From Eledone cirrhosa (Eukaryota), in contig OZ024742.1 of NCBI GenBank assembly GCA_964016885.1, forward strand, positions 230,144,001 through 230,208,000: a stretch of 64,000 nucleotides of DNA, given 5' to 3'. A program made the translations under genes and the position numbers. The notes beneath the pieces are model-generated. The model worked only from the letters and a program-made list of their open reading frames with translations, was not told the origin of the DNA and made no database searches. This document shows positions 1 through 12,768 of the stretch, in pieces; positions within the stretch are counted from its first letter, which is position 1, and each line of letters opens with the position of its first letter.

Positions 1-245
1 ATATTCCCGAACAACCTATCGTTTCAGCGTGTATCTGCCATACCTAAATAATCTCCCAATATCTTGACACCTTACTCGCCCCCACCCCTTGTAACTGATC
101 TACAACATTAATCATACCTTTCGTTTATTTGACTCTTTGTCCTTCGTTTCTGGACCCTCCCGCCTTCTCTTTACACCGTCATTCCTCACGATGACGGCCT
201 GGGTGCTCTGTGCCTTGCTTAGCTTGTTCTTACTCTTAATGTTTT
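1..245 (+). pseudogene. Decayed Penelope-like RT fragment
   Basis: Broken frames read IPEQPIVSACICHT*IISQYLDTLLAP..INHTFRLFDSLSF..LLFT..TVIPHDDGLGAL, colinear with GRPIVSACNCPTEHISAFLDSSLAP..TNHALRLFDSFTF..TVIPHADDLRAL of the PLE at 19000-19773. Confidence 0.75.
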
Positions 246-254
246 TTTTTATTT

Positions 255-422
255 TTACAAGGCCAGCAATTACCCAGTACATTACTGGTACTTTATTTTA
301 TCGACCCCGTATGGATGAACGGCAAAGTTAACCTCGGCGGGATTTGAACTCAGATCATAAAGGGACGTAACTCTGTTGGAAAACTTGTCAGACCCTCTAC
401 CGAAACTGCCAATTCACCGCCC
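255..422 (-). mobile_element. tRNA-derived SINE (family A)
   Basis: Minus strand has a box A-like TGGCAG..CGGTAG, box B GAGTTCAAATCC and the body GTTAACTTTGCC..CATCC..CGGGGTCGATAAAATAAAGTACCAG shared with about 10 other copies. Confidence 0.85.
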
Positions 423-2284
423 TTGAAGATCATAATAATGATCCATGTAATATATATGATAGTTAACAGAAACGAAAATGACTTTTTTTTTCGTTATGAA
501 TATTATCTCAATATGTAATTACATTTATTCCAGTTTGAAACATTTCCTTTATAGCAATATAATGTCTATTGCTCTTGATATTTTTTAAGCATGTTCAGTA
601 TTTTTTAATATTACATTTCCATCCTCTTGGTCTCGGTGCCATTGCAATTTTATTCTTAACACCTCTATGTCGTTCGTATAATTCTTATGAAATAAGTTTT
701 GTACAATTTATTTTTCTGACCAAATGATAAAGAAATACATCGTTTTCAAATAGTAAACTAATAGGTAGGGATATCATTTCCTCGGCAGCAACCTAATATA
801 GCTTCACGTGCATTGGAATTCTGTTTGTGGACCCGATTTGTGCAGTAATTTTACAATTTTGTCAAATATAGCATGCGCCTAATAGGATACGTAATAGCTA
901 AAATACTCATGCACGCACAAGATGTAAAAAACTATCCATTATAAATGATTCTCTTAGAAAAAGAGTATCAAACCTTGAATCATGGTACCAGATTTGAAGA
1001 TTTTTCCAGTTCCAAATTCTCTTGAAAATAAACCCTGACTCAGTAAATATCTTAACTACTATTATAGTGACATACAGAAACAAAATGTCAGACCCAAGTA
1101 TATAAAAAGAATCGTTACCAAACATATAACTACAGAGTAATGAAACCGCCTACAGCCGAAATTCACTGCCTATCTCTGTATAATATAATACTTCCAGAAC
1201 TTTTTCGAATCGTCAAGGAATATAAACATTGTTTACTTATAATTCTAAAAGTAATATAGTCCCATCAAAACCAAAATGAAAGCCCTGCTATATTTTGTCT
1301 ATTCAGAATCTCCACGTAGAATTACGTATCAAATGTAAGCTTGTGTAATAATCTTTTGGTCAACATGCAATACATTTTCGATTCTTCATTCAACGACACA
1401 TGAAGGTGAAGTGATTTACTATTGAAGATCTATTTTTGTAAGCGTTGTTTCGACTTGTAATTTCTCAAGAAAATAGGAAGTGTCCATAACAATTTTCAGG
1501 GGACTCCAAGACTGGTGATATGATGTGATATTGACCAAATTCTTGCCGCAGACAAGAATTACTATAGGCGTCATGGTAATAAAAAGTGGTGCAGAGTGGG
1601 TCCTCTATTTAGAATTACACTTTATATCTATACTTAGTTCGGAACTTAATATGTATCGAGTACTACGTTGATTGGCGGTTTACCGTGTAGATGTTGAATT
1701 TAGCTGGGTGGTTGCAGCGTTGGATAAAATAAAGTTTCCGCGCCTTAAATCCCGGCGTGTCTTCTTTGCCTTTCCTCTTTTCGCAATCGATAAACAACGC
1801 ACAGCTCCAATATGGCTGCAAGCATCTAACTGCCTGATTACAACCGGGGTGATCTAGTGATTCAATATGATTTCATGCACATTTAACGCCATTAACTAAT
1901 GTATAGTGCACGCTAGCAAATAATCTGCAAATGTTGGTAACGTCTGTAGTTTTAGAGTTTATAGCAAGAGACACAATGTATGATAGAAATGGATATAGAT
2001 ATATAAACTTCAGTCTAGACCTATTGTTATTCGCTATTGTTAGTAATTGTAATTATTTGAAAAGCAATTGTTTGTCAGATCATGCTTTTATTGTTATTCA
2101 AAATTCCATATAGCTACATACATATTTCTACACATAATAATTTTATGAATTTATTTATCTCTATCTAACTATATACATTTTATCTAAATGCCTTTGGCTA
2201 TATATAGTTTAAGAATATATAGGTGATTGTCAACATACGTGTAGACACACTATATGTATGCTTCAATTAATCACATCCAACAAT

Positions 2285-2319
<35 letters not shown>

Positions 2320-2320
<1 letters not shown>

Positions 2321-2534
2321 GTTATTCCGGGTTGAATCGGAGGTAACCACAGTAAGTAAGGTACTCAATACATAGCAGAGTATAACAGTTTTAATATAGA
2401 TGAGATTCTACAGGACTAGAACTGTTTCATTCATTAGAAATCATCAGGAATCAGATCATTAGAAATCATCAGAATTCCTGATGATTTCTAATGAATGAAA
2501 CAGTTCTAGTCCTGTAGAATCTCATCTATATTAA

Positions 2535-2538
<4 letters not shown>
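2320..2538. mobile_element. Non-coding PLE pseudo-LTR fold-back unit with two opposed hammerhead motifs
   Basis: Perfect 65-bp inverted arms (2387-2451 and 2474-2538), flanked by (AT)n on both sides; the left extension matches 58467-58510. Confidence 0.75.
2474..2520 (+). ncRNA. Type I hammerhead ribozyme motif (mirror copy on the minus strand at 2404-2452)
   Basis: attc CTGATGA tttctaatgaat GAAA cag-ttctagtc-ctg TA gaat: stem I, conserved core, stem III and GUA triplet; stem II is weak. Confidence 0.7.
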
Positions 2539-2631
<93 letters not shown>

Positions 2632-2740
2632 TAAACGGAAAAGAAAATGCTGACAAATTGTTCACAGTCTAAAATAGTTTAATTAAGAATAAGTGAAAAT
2701 TAGTAATAGTATTAGTTAGTATTCAGTTTTGGTTTTAAGT

Positions 2741-2775
2741 TTTACCGGTTGCGAATTTCTAATGCTTTTCAAAAA
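2741..2775 (-). ncRNA. Degenerate minimal hammerhead with U3-A8 core in the 3' pseudo-LTR
   Basis: Minus strand ttt TTGAAAA gcat-tagaa-attc GCAA ccgg TA aaa; near-identical architecture to the intact motif at 21125-21160. Confidence 0.55.
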
Positions 2776-3139
2776 TAAATTTGAGATAGAGCGGCCGTGA
2801 TGTTTGCTCTATTCTGATTAGTTTTGGAAATTCTACCTGTTTTATGTGAAAAAAGTGGCTCCAGATGTATAAGTGTCGCGCCAATTCGTGTTGCAAAAAT
2901 TCTTGTGGTCAAAACAATTTTGATTGGTCGGTAGAGGTCATGTGAATGATAAAAATTGATTTTGCGCCAAATGTAGGTTTGTGTCGGCTGATTGAGAAGT
3001 CACTGAAAAATAAGTCTTTCAAAACAAATGTGTGTGTGTGTAGTAGTAGTAGTAGTAAAGCGGTTCGTTGTTGTGATAATGGTCAGCAGGGATGTGTGTG
3101 CGAAGCGCAGCCTGTTGACAGTTCAGATGCCTATTAAGA

Positions 3140-3176
<37 letters not shown>

Positions 3177-3855
3177 CAGAGTAATTCGTGGTAGGGGGAT
3201 GGTCAGTAGGAATGTGTCTGTAAGTGTGTGGGGGATATTTTAACATGTTAAAAGATATTTTTCAGCTCTTGTCTTATACGGAGAAGTGTGTGTGTGTGTG
3301 TCTGTGTGTGTGTATATGTCTCTTTGTATGTTAATGTACGTGTGTATGTGTGTGTGTATATGTGTGTGTGTATATATGTGTGTGTGTGTGTGTGAATGTG
3401 TGTGTGTGTGTGTGTGGGTAGACCAGAATTTTTGTGATTCTGGTAAAATGGTGTACATTATTCGATATTTTCAGTAAAAACGATTCTCACAATAGAACAT
3501 CAAAAACCTTAATAATAAAAGGTGTGAAATGATATATAGTATTGGCATAATACCAAGGTGTGTGTGAGTGTCCAGATTGTACGTACTGCAAGGGGAATCC
3601 ATTAGGCCTTGCTGTATTGGAATACTTGTGTACAAATATGTATGTGCCCATCAGTGTGCAATGCATGTGTGCGTTTATGTATGTGTGTGTGTCGGCACGT
3701 TTATATCTATAGACATCAAAAGGTATGCAAATTTGTGTATATTTATGTTGCACCATAGAACATGTGTGTTTACGTATGTCATTGTGTCTATATGTGGATA
3801 GAGATGTATGCTGATGTAGGTATGTATGTTCACGTGTGTATGTTGTGGGTTCCTG

Positions 3856-6349
3856 TTAGGGAGAAGTGTTTAGACGGGGTCCGTATTTGTTAATAAAGTG
3901 AGATTCCTTGCTGATGCACTGGGTGTGGGTGGCATTATCTTTAAATTTGTAGAGGGGAAAGATTCTGAAGTTGGGATGATTTTGGGCGGCACAGGTATCA
4001 ATGTGTTCACTTAGTGGTATTTTCCTGTATTCCCGTATTTTAATTTGAGATCTATGGACAGTCATGCGTTGGCGGAGGCTGTTTTTGGTGGTGGCCTATG
4101 TATTGTTCTCGACAACCTGAACAAGTTAATACATATATCATATTTTCTGATGCGCATGTGAAATTGTGTTTTACTATAAAACGTTGTCCTTCTTTGAAAT
4201 AGAATTCCGAACCCTCTATTAGGTTGATGAATATGCCACAGTTGGGTCTAACGCATTTTTTTACTGTGGGCTTCGTTGTTGTGGTTGGCTGTACTTTGGC
4301 ATGTGTTAGGATGTTTTTCATTGACTTAGATTGTCTTTTGCTCTTTATGATATCATGTGTTCGTAGGATGTGGTTCATTCTATGGTCCTTTTTCAACACA
4401 GGGATGTTCTGGAGAATGGTGTCAAAGGCCTCATTGTTGAGGGGGTTGTGTGTGGAGATGTATGGAAGAGCTTTTAGTTTCGGTTGATTTACTTTAGGGT
4501 GTCTAAGGTCCTGGGTACTGAGTTTTAGGGCACGTTGGATTCCATTGTCAATTAGTGATGCAGGGTAGTCCCTGCCTATGAGTGTGTCCTTTAGTTCTTG
4601 TAGCAGTAAGTAGCAGGTGTTTTTATTGGAGACTATAGTACAGATTCTCTTTACTAAGTTGTAGGTAATATTAATTTTAACGTGTCTAGGGTGGCAAGAC
4701 TTGAAAGGAAGATATTGCTTGGAGTCTGTGGGCTTGTAGTATATGTCTGTTTCTATTTTTTTGTTATAAATCTTAATGAAGATGTCGAGGAAGGGGAGTT
4801 GTTGATGGCTGTATTCCATCGTAAAGTTAATATTCGTGTTGAGCCCATTTATAAGGGTGTGAAATTCTTTAAGTTTCTCGATGTTTTCGTGCCAAAGGAT
4901 GAAGCAGTCATCTAGATATCGCTTCCAGTTCCTTTCTATGTGTAAGGGGAGAGTGTTTCCAAATTTGTTTAGGACTTTAGTGTAGAGGGTGATTTTCAGG
5001 TATCCCATGACTAGGTTGGCATAAGTGGGGGCTGTTTTCGTTCCCATAGCGGTCCTAGATTTCTGCCTGTAGGGTTTGTTATTGAAAACGAAGTAATTGT
5101 TCTCCAAGATAAATTTGTCTCCCTCTATCACGAATTCTTTTTTGATGCGTTGTGGGAGTTCATTGTGGTAATTATCCAGCCAGAATTGGATAGCTTCTAT
5201 TCCTAGGTTGTGGGGCATGTTGGAGTTTAAGTTGACTACATCGAACGTCACTAGTAGGGTTTGTTCAGAAAGGGGCATATTAGGGAGGTGATTGAGCATA
5301 TCTAGGTCGTCCCTTATATAGCTTTTGATGTGTTTGAGAAAAGGCTTGAGAAGTGTATCAATGAAGTTGCTAAGGCGGTGGGTTTAGCAAGCGGGGCCTG
5401 CTATTATAGGTCTTAATTTGAGATCATGAGTGAGGGGACATTGATGACTATGTCTGTGGCTTCCTTGCATGCCTTAATTATTAATTCGCTTTTATGTACT
5501 TTAGGGATACCGTAGAAAAGGCTGGATTTACTTGTGAAGTCTGTGATGAAGCTGAATTCCTTGTTAGTGAGTCCTTCTTTGTATTGGTTGATCAGAGTTT
5601 TTAAGTTTTTCATAATTTTCTGTTGATTGTAGTGTTCAGCCTTTTCGTAGTATGTTTCGTTTTCCAAAGTGGAGAGCGCTAAGTTGATATAGAATTCTGT
5701 CTCCATTAGAACTACTGTACTCCCTTTATCAGCCTCTTTAATTGTAATGGTTCTGTCGCTTTTTAATCTATTTAATTCTTCCCATTCTTTCTTGTTGAGG
5801 TTTGGCTTGTGTTTTTGTCTGTGCAAGTGTTGGTAAGGGAAGTTTGTGATGTGTTCACAGAATTCGTCCAGGATTTTATTTCTACCTTTTGATGGGGTGT
5901 AATTGCTTCTATTTCTGGCTAATGATTCATCCTCATTGTACTGGTCGAATAGTTCTTCACTGAGTCGTAACTTTCTACAGAAGTCTGTGATGCTTTCCTT
6001 CATTTCATAGTAGTTAGGACGTAGTGGGGTCGGTGTGAATTTAAGACCTTTTGGAGAGTAAGTTGATAAGGTTGGGTGTTGGTTCTGCACTAGTTAGATT
6101 GATAATTTTTATTACTCTCGGTTTCTCTTCCCTGTCTTGTGTTATTTTGTTTGCCTGTATCTGTGTGCTGTGTCTAAAAAATGGTTGGGGTAGAGGGGTT
6201 GTCTCTGATGTTAAGTGGTCTCTGATGTTAAGTGGTCTCCTGTGTTTGTTATATTCCTTGTTGTTGTAAAATGTGGTTCGGGTTCGTGGTTGTAGATTGA
6301 ATGGGGTGTTCCTGTATTGCGAGTATGGATGTGTGTTTCTATGTGCCAT
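3856..6349 (-). pseudogene. PLE reverse transcriptase plus GIY-YIG endonuclease (broken into several frames)
   Basis: KGLKFTPTP, IKEADKGSTVV, FYGIPKVHK, FDVVNL, AMGTKTAPTYANL, WKRYLDDCF, FLD, YYKPTDSKQYL and MIYVLTCSGCREQYIG. Confidence 0.92.
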
Positions 6350-6686
6350 GTTGGATTGTGGTGTTATAGGTGGCCTACATTGTTGGTTGTATCGTGTGGT
6401 GTGGGTTTGTTGTGTATTGTGGAAGCGAGAGTTGAGAAAATGGAAATTACCTTGCTGTCCTCTTGAAGCGGGGAAGTTGTTACATCTATCATGGTGGTGG
6501 TATCTTTTCCCTATGTTTGACGATGAGGCATCCGCGTAGTAGTTGAGTGATTTGGTATGGTGTCTCCTTGAAGGGGGAAAGTTGTAAATGTCATTCTGGG
6601 GGAGATGATTTCTAGAGTTTTTGTTCCTTCTTATGGTAGCGAGGTTGGGAAGTTCATCTTCGGTCTGGTGTTTCCTTCTTCGTTTG

Positions 6687-7524
6687 TTAGTGGCTGGGGG
6701 GGTTTGCGAAGTTGTTGTGCGGTTCAGTTATGGGTTTTCCTATTTTTATGAACAGGTTATTGGAGGTGTAATCCGTTTGAAAAGTCGATTCATAGTGTAA
6801 GAACCAAGCGGCACTTTTTTCCCAGCGTTGAAGGGATTTCAGTTCTTCTCTGTTGCAGTTCCCATTCCATAATTGAGAGATCTTCTCTACCTTGGGGCCT
6901 TCAGTTTTATTGTTGATTTCCAGGAGGATCTCTTCATCGATGGTTTTGATTTTTTCCTCATTTGTCTGGGCTCTCAATTTAAGAAGTTCAATTTCTGTCT
7001 TCATTTTTTCCAATGCCATTCTTTCCCTAAGGTGTCTTTAAGGTTCGGGTTCATTTGGAATGGACTTTATTTGTATTTTACGGGGGAGAGTTAGAGGGGT
7101 TGAGTTAAGCCATTTTTCATATATCTCCGCTTTGTTGTGATTTTGTATCATCTTCCAGAATGAGAACTTTCATGTCTCTGAGGGATTTGTTCCATTTTAG
7201 AATTGTTCGAATTTTCATTTTGTATGAATCAATCTCACATGGTTCTTCGTTGGTTTTTCCTGGGTTGGTAGTAGTGAACATAGTTTGGATAGTATCGCAA
7301 AGGTTTTGAAGTTTATCGCCGATTTCGGAGGGTTTGTATCCGGTGACGGTTTCCTCATTTGTGGAGTCAAGTTTGTCAACCAGCACAGATAGGTTGGTGT
7401 TAATTTTCTTGAGTTGCTGTAAAATCTCTTCATTTGTGTTGATAAGAGTTGTATCTGTTTTTGTTGGCATTTTCTGTATCTCGTGTGAGGATATGATATT
7501 TAAAAGAATAGAGGTGTAACACAC
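6687..7524 (-). pseudogene. Upstream charged/coiled-coil-like ORF pieces of the PLE (N-terminal extension or ORF1)
   Basis: ORFs 7117-7524 and 6687-7019 lie on the same strand just inside the 5' pseudo-LTR; E/K/L-rich, no recognised motif. Confidence 0.5.
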
Positions 7525-7586
7525 GAGTTATGATATATTGGTAAACGGAAAAGATAATGCTGACAAATTGTTCACAGTGAAAAATA

Positions 7587-7629
<43 letters not shown>

Positions 7630-7660
7630 ATACTTTGGAAGGGTCATATTGTTGTAATAA

Positions 7661-7760
7661 TTGTTTCTACTTTTGGCACAAGGCCAGCAATTATCCCAGT
7701 GTATTACTGGTACTTTATTTTATCGACCCCGTAAGGATGAACGGCAAAGTTAACCTCGGC
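7661..7760 (-). mobile_element. 5'-truncated SINE A inserted into a PLE pseudo-LTR fragment
   Basis: Flanked by the direct repeat gttgtaataat (7651-7661, 7761-7771); host sequence 7622-7812 matches the terminus at 11678-11755. Confidence 0.85.
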
Positions 7761-7811
7761 GTTGTAATAATATTGCCAGAAATAATAACAGAACACACTC
7801 ACTGTTTGGTT

Positions 7812-7880
<69 letters not shown>

Positions 7881-7885
<5 letters not shown>

Positions 7886-10622
7886 AACGAGTAGGACCCC
7901 GACGGCTGAGCTCAGGCCGTCTCGACGGCTAATTCTGGACTAAATGAACATTTTTATCCAGGTATATGGATAGCTGAGCTTCTCAGGGGGTAATTCCATA
8001 TATGGTAAAAGTGATTGTCACAAGGATTGGTCAAAAGTTTGTTGTTGAGACACATAATTCTATCATGGCAATTTGTGGGAGGAAGGGGTAGATGAACCTG
8101 CCAGTAGAAGAAAGAGGGAGAGGGAGTGGAGGAAACCCAGTCGTGCGTTGATAGTGCCAACTACAGCAGGGCAGGAGGTCAAGCAAATATACTGGGAGGG
8201 GGAGGGGGAGGGAGTCGAAACAATAAGTAAATCAATATGGAGTAACTATATAGAAGAATACCAAGAATGTTAAAAATATAAAAGAACAATTTCTGGTTAC
8301 TATTCCCTAACCACAGTCATCAAGTCTCTCACTGGTACTGCTAAACTATAAAAAAGTTTACTAGGTGGGACGGAATTGTAGTGAGACCATTTTAAGAGTT
8401 AGTAGTAATCAACCGAGTATATCTTACGGTGACAGGTCAACAAGTGGGGGGCCAAAATACTAAAGAAACTACCACGAAATAATAATTCAGAGTCCCGAAA
8501 CTAATACAAAATAATTGTTTCTACTCAGGCACAAAGCTAGCAACCACCCAATGCAAAAAATAAACTAATACGAAATAATAATTCAGAATCCAGAAAATGA
8601 ATACTAATACTATCTCTAAGGGTGCCGCTACGATACAAAAATTCTAGTGCAAACTACATAAATGCTCGTACGAAGTATATGAAAAATTTGATACGGAAAA
8701 TTAATTCAGTTGTTAGAGGAGACGATGTTTTGTGCAAAGTTTGGTGTGGTGCTGTAGGAAATTTTGATAGTATTTTTGTTGATTATGTTGTGGTAGCGGT
8801 GTTGTAGTGGGAAGTATTTTTCGATGAGCCTAAAGAAGATTTTCCCGATAGGAGTTGTCACCTCGGCGTTGTGAGGAGGATTGAACCATGTTACATTGCG
8901 TGAGCGGCGGTGTCGCCTGCTGGTTCCGCTAATGGAAGCTGGACAGTAGGATATTTCCTCCCGGAAGCCACTCCGCTTGAGGGCCTGGTTGTAATAAGGC
9001 GCATGTTCCAATATCTACTCATTAGCGGACAAACGAGATATGCGGAGGGAGATGTTTTTAACCAGGTTATTGGTGATGTTCCTAGGATGGTTTGACCGGC
9101 GGTGCATGTAGTGCAGGTTGTCGTTGGATTTCCTGTATGGCTAGTACAGATCATTATCGAGGTCGAGGGTAACGTCCAGGAAGTTTACTCGGGTCAGGGA
9201 CGTTTGTAGGGTTATTTTAATTCCCCAGTCGCGGAAGAAGCTGATTAATTGTTTACGGACCCGGTCAGTACTACTGGGGTTGTACCCGGGGGGGGGGGGG
9301 TAGACAAGGGCTGTAACACCCCACTTGCCGACTTTGTAATGGGTAACCCCTGCTTGCAAAGGTAGACGTAAGATCTTTTTTTATATCTTTTTATCGTTTG
9401 CTCTATATTTCCTTCTTCCCCCCATCCCTTCCTAGTCCTTCCACCCCAGTCCTCCTTCTTTGTCGTCGTCCTTTTCACTTTCTCGCCTACCCGAGGCAGT
9501 CCCTCGGTCCTTTGTAGCCTCAGTACCCCCATCCCATCCCCTATTCTATGATAGAATTGGCCGACTCCGCTTTTTATAGCAGATGTGATAGACCCCAGAT
9601 ACTGACTTTCTTATCCGATGGCTGCTCCATTTCAGTGCTTTCTACATTTCTTAGTGGTATCTCTGCTTTAATTTCTCGTATATCAGTATTTATTTTTTGG
9701 GAGGTGGGGGTGGGGGCATTCTGAATTAATTTTCCGTATCAAATTTTTCATATACTTCGTACGAGCATTTATATAGTTTGCACTAGAATTTTTGTATCGT
9801 AGCGGCATCCTTAGAGATAGTATTAGTATTCATTTTCGGGATTCTGAATTATTATTTCGTATTAGTTTATTTTTTGCACTGGGTGGTTGCTAGCTTTGTG
9901 CCTAGAGTAGAAACAATTATTTCGTATCAGTTTCGGGACTCTGAATTATTATTTCGTGGTAGTTTCTTTAGTATTTTGGCCCCCCACTTGTTGACCTGTC
10001 ACCGTAAGATATACTCGGTTGATTACTACTAACTCTTAAAATGGTCTCAATTCCGTCCCACCTAGTAAACTTTTCTATAGTTTAGCAGTACCAGTGAGAG
10101 ACTTGATGACTGTGGTTAGGGAATAGTAACCAGAAATTGTTTTTTTATATTTTTAACATTCTTGGTATTCTTCTATATATTTACTCCATATTGATTTACT
10201 TATTGTTTCGACTTCCTCTCCCTCCCCCTCCCTAGTATACTTGCTTGACCTCCTGCCCTGCTGTAGTTGGCACTATCAACGCACGGCTGGGTTTCCTCCA
10301 CTCCCTCTCCCTCTTTCTTCTACTGGCAGGTTCAGCTACACCTTCCTTCCACAAATTGCCATGATAGAATTATGTGTTTCAACAACAAACTTTTGACCAA
10401 TCCTTGTGCCAATCACTTTTACCATATATGGAATTACCCCCTCAGAAGCTTGGCTATTCATATACCAGGATAAAAATGTTCTTTTAGTCCAGAACTAGCC
10501 GTCGAAACGGCTTGAGCTCAGTCGTCAGGGTCCTACTCGTTCCTATTACCCACTCTACTACACGAAGTATTGAGTACTTTGGTGCGTTATGGTCCACCTG
10601 GTTCCTTACCACATTTCCTTCG

Positions 10623-10626
<4 letters not shown>
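7881..10626. mobile_element. Rearranged PLE copy (same family as 52684-57577) with about 825-bp inverted pseudo-LTR arms
   Basis: 7881-8708 is the inverted copy of about 9721-10546; the minus-strand RT fragment 8706-9290 (VNFLDVTLDL, TWFNPP) matches 55196-55775; 9285-10626 matches 56263-57577. Confidence 0.9.
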
Positions 10627-10713
<87 letters not shown>

Positions 10714-10718
10714 CATAA

Positions 10719-10757
<39 letters not shown>

Positions 10758-11279
10758 ATATTGGTTATAGCTAATTCTGATCCTACACATATTGACATCG
10801 GCTTATTTCATACTCCTAGAATCGTATATCATCCAAATATTTTATTATACATCATATCGTGGTGTAACTACCAGAACCATATCGAAGATTTTTATCGATT
10901 TGTATCGATTTTTATCTATTCGAGATTGTCCATGTTAATCTCTTACCTGCTTGTATTTCTCGTAGTTGTAGTTGCTTTGTTCATGGTGTGACTCTTTCTT
11001 AATTTTCTAGTTACTCTGGACAAAAATGTATTAACGTTTCGCACCATCGTGTGCCTATTGAAAAAATCCGTTTTCTCAACGTGTTCTAGGCAGAAGTAGC
11101 TTGCCTCCTCTTCACTCTCACGTTACCCTAAAGGTTGATTTTAGTAATGTAATGGCAAAATTACACCAGGACACTCGATTGATAGTTGATCTGACCCAGA
11201 GAAACTAATGCCTCGCTAATGAAGCTGCTCTTAGCCAACAACGTAATGCTTAATACCATTACATAATTTCTGTGCACAG

Positions 11280-11440
11280 CAATTCGATATCGACTGCCAC
11301 CAGCAGATGAGGTAGCCGAATATATTTATGCAATCCAAACCTGATGATGTCCCTAGGAATTTACGTATCCAGGACATTGAAATATATGCAGTGTTTTTGC
11401 AACAACAAAATAACTTTAAAGAAATATCACAAGTCCCGCC
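11280..11440 (+). pseudogene. Possible Helitron Rep fragment
   Basis: RYRLPPADEVA followed by ..VPRNLRIQDIEIY..FKEIS resembles the Helitron RYNxPTxDEVA..RDI..IS segment. Confidence 0.4.
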
Positions 11441-11677
11441 TCCTCTTATTTTAATAAAACTAATATTTAACTACGTTTCTGAACCAGCAATAGGATTCAA
11501 CACTGACGAGGGTTGAGTTGCGTAACGTAGAGTGCTTTTCCTACTATATCATGGTCAAATAAACGGAATGACTAGTTCTATCTAGTGGTGGACCATTAAA
11601 GATAAATGAATATATATATAGCGGCGATGAATTAGTTTTGCGAGGTTTTGTTATATGAAATCGTGTGTCGAAACAAA

Positions 11678-12768
11678 TATTGTTATACTTGGGGAGGGTC
11701 ATATTTGTGTAATATTGCCAGAATTAATAACAGAACACACTCACTGTTTGGTTGGTTTTCGCTTCTCGCTTCTGTGTCTTTTATATCGGTAATCTAACTT
11801 ACTCGGTCCTCAATGTTGCCATTGACTGACCGGCGGTCAAAAATAATACAGATACAATATAGACACAAACACATATATATAGTTTATCATAAATCTTTCG
11901 TTGCACATCCGCAACATCGTCATAAACCGGATAAACAGTAAAACTAGAAACGTAGTCTAAAGCATAAGATGTACAGAGGGTACCTGCAGAAACATGACAA
12001 CAACATACATAGGTGAGACAGCTCGTAGCATAGGTGAAAGGATAGACCAACACTGGGGGGAACTAAATGGACGAAAAAACGGGTCAGTACTATACGAACA
12101 TGCTAGACAACAACATGATGGTAACATAGACAACATAGAAATTAGAATAATATCTAAACATAGAAATGACCCAGCAGATAGGCAAATCAGAGAGGCCAGT
12201 GAAATAGAAATTAGAAGACCAAGGCTAAACAGAAAGAATGAATGGAATAACAACAAAACCCAAACAAACATCACTGACCTAAGAGAAGTATAAATAAGTA
12301 AATAAAATAAAATAAATAAATAAATAAATAAATAAATACATACACAAGCACATAAACACACACTAGTCACCCATCACACAGCAAACAAAACACTATACAC
12401 ACACGCAAAGGCATGCGCAAAGAAGACAAAATAAAATAAACAAACAAGCAAATAAATAAATAAATATATAGACAGACTGAATAAAAATGGCGTACACATA
12501 CAATACAACAGGAGGATAATATAACACCACTGACGATGTTGCAGATGTGCAACGAAAGATTTATGATAAACTATATATATGTGTTTGTGTCTATATTGTA
12601 TCTGTATTATTTTTGACCGTCGGTCAGTCAATGGCAACATTGAGGACCGAGTAAGTTAGATTACCGATATAAAAGACACAGAAGCGAGAAGCGAAAACCA
12701 ACCAAACAGTGAGTGTGTTCTGTTATTAATTCTGGCAATATTACACAAATATGACCCTCCCCAAGTAT

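Larger units (their letters stand above)
2625..7590 (-). mobile_element. Near full-length Penelope-like element (Neptune-like), frameshifted
   Basis: Terminal direct repeat atattggtaaacggaaaaga.aatgctgacaaattgttcacagt at about 2625-2680 and 7535-7590; both ends abut (AT)n; RT and GIY-YIG ORFs inside. Confidence 0.9.

Noticed and set aside
11025-11065. Minus-strand gcac..gtgc GAAA cg hairpin resembling a hammerhead
   Set aside because: There is no CUGANGA-like core upstream of stem II
11498-11535. CTGACGA..GTAA cg TA gagtg hammerhead remnant
   Set aside because: Stem II is unpaired and GAAA is mutated; at most a dead relic
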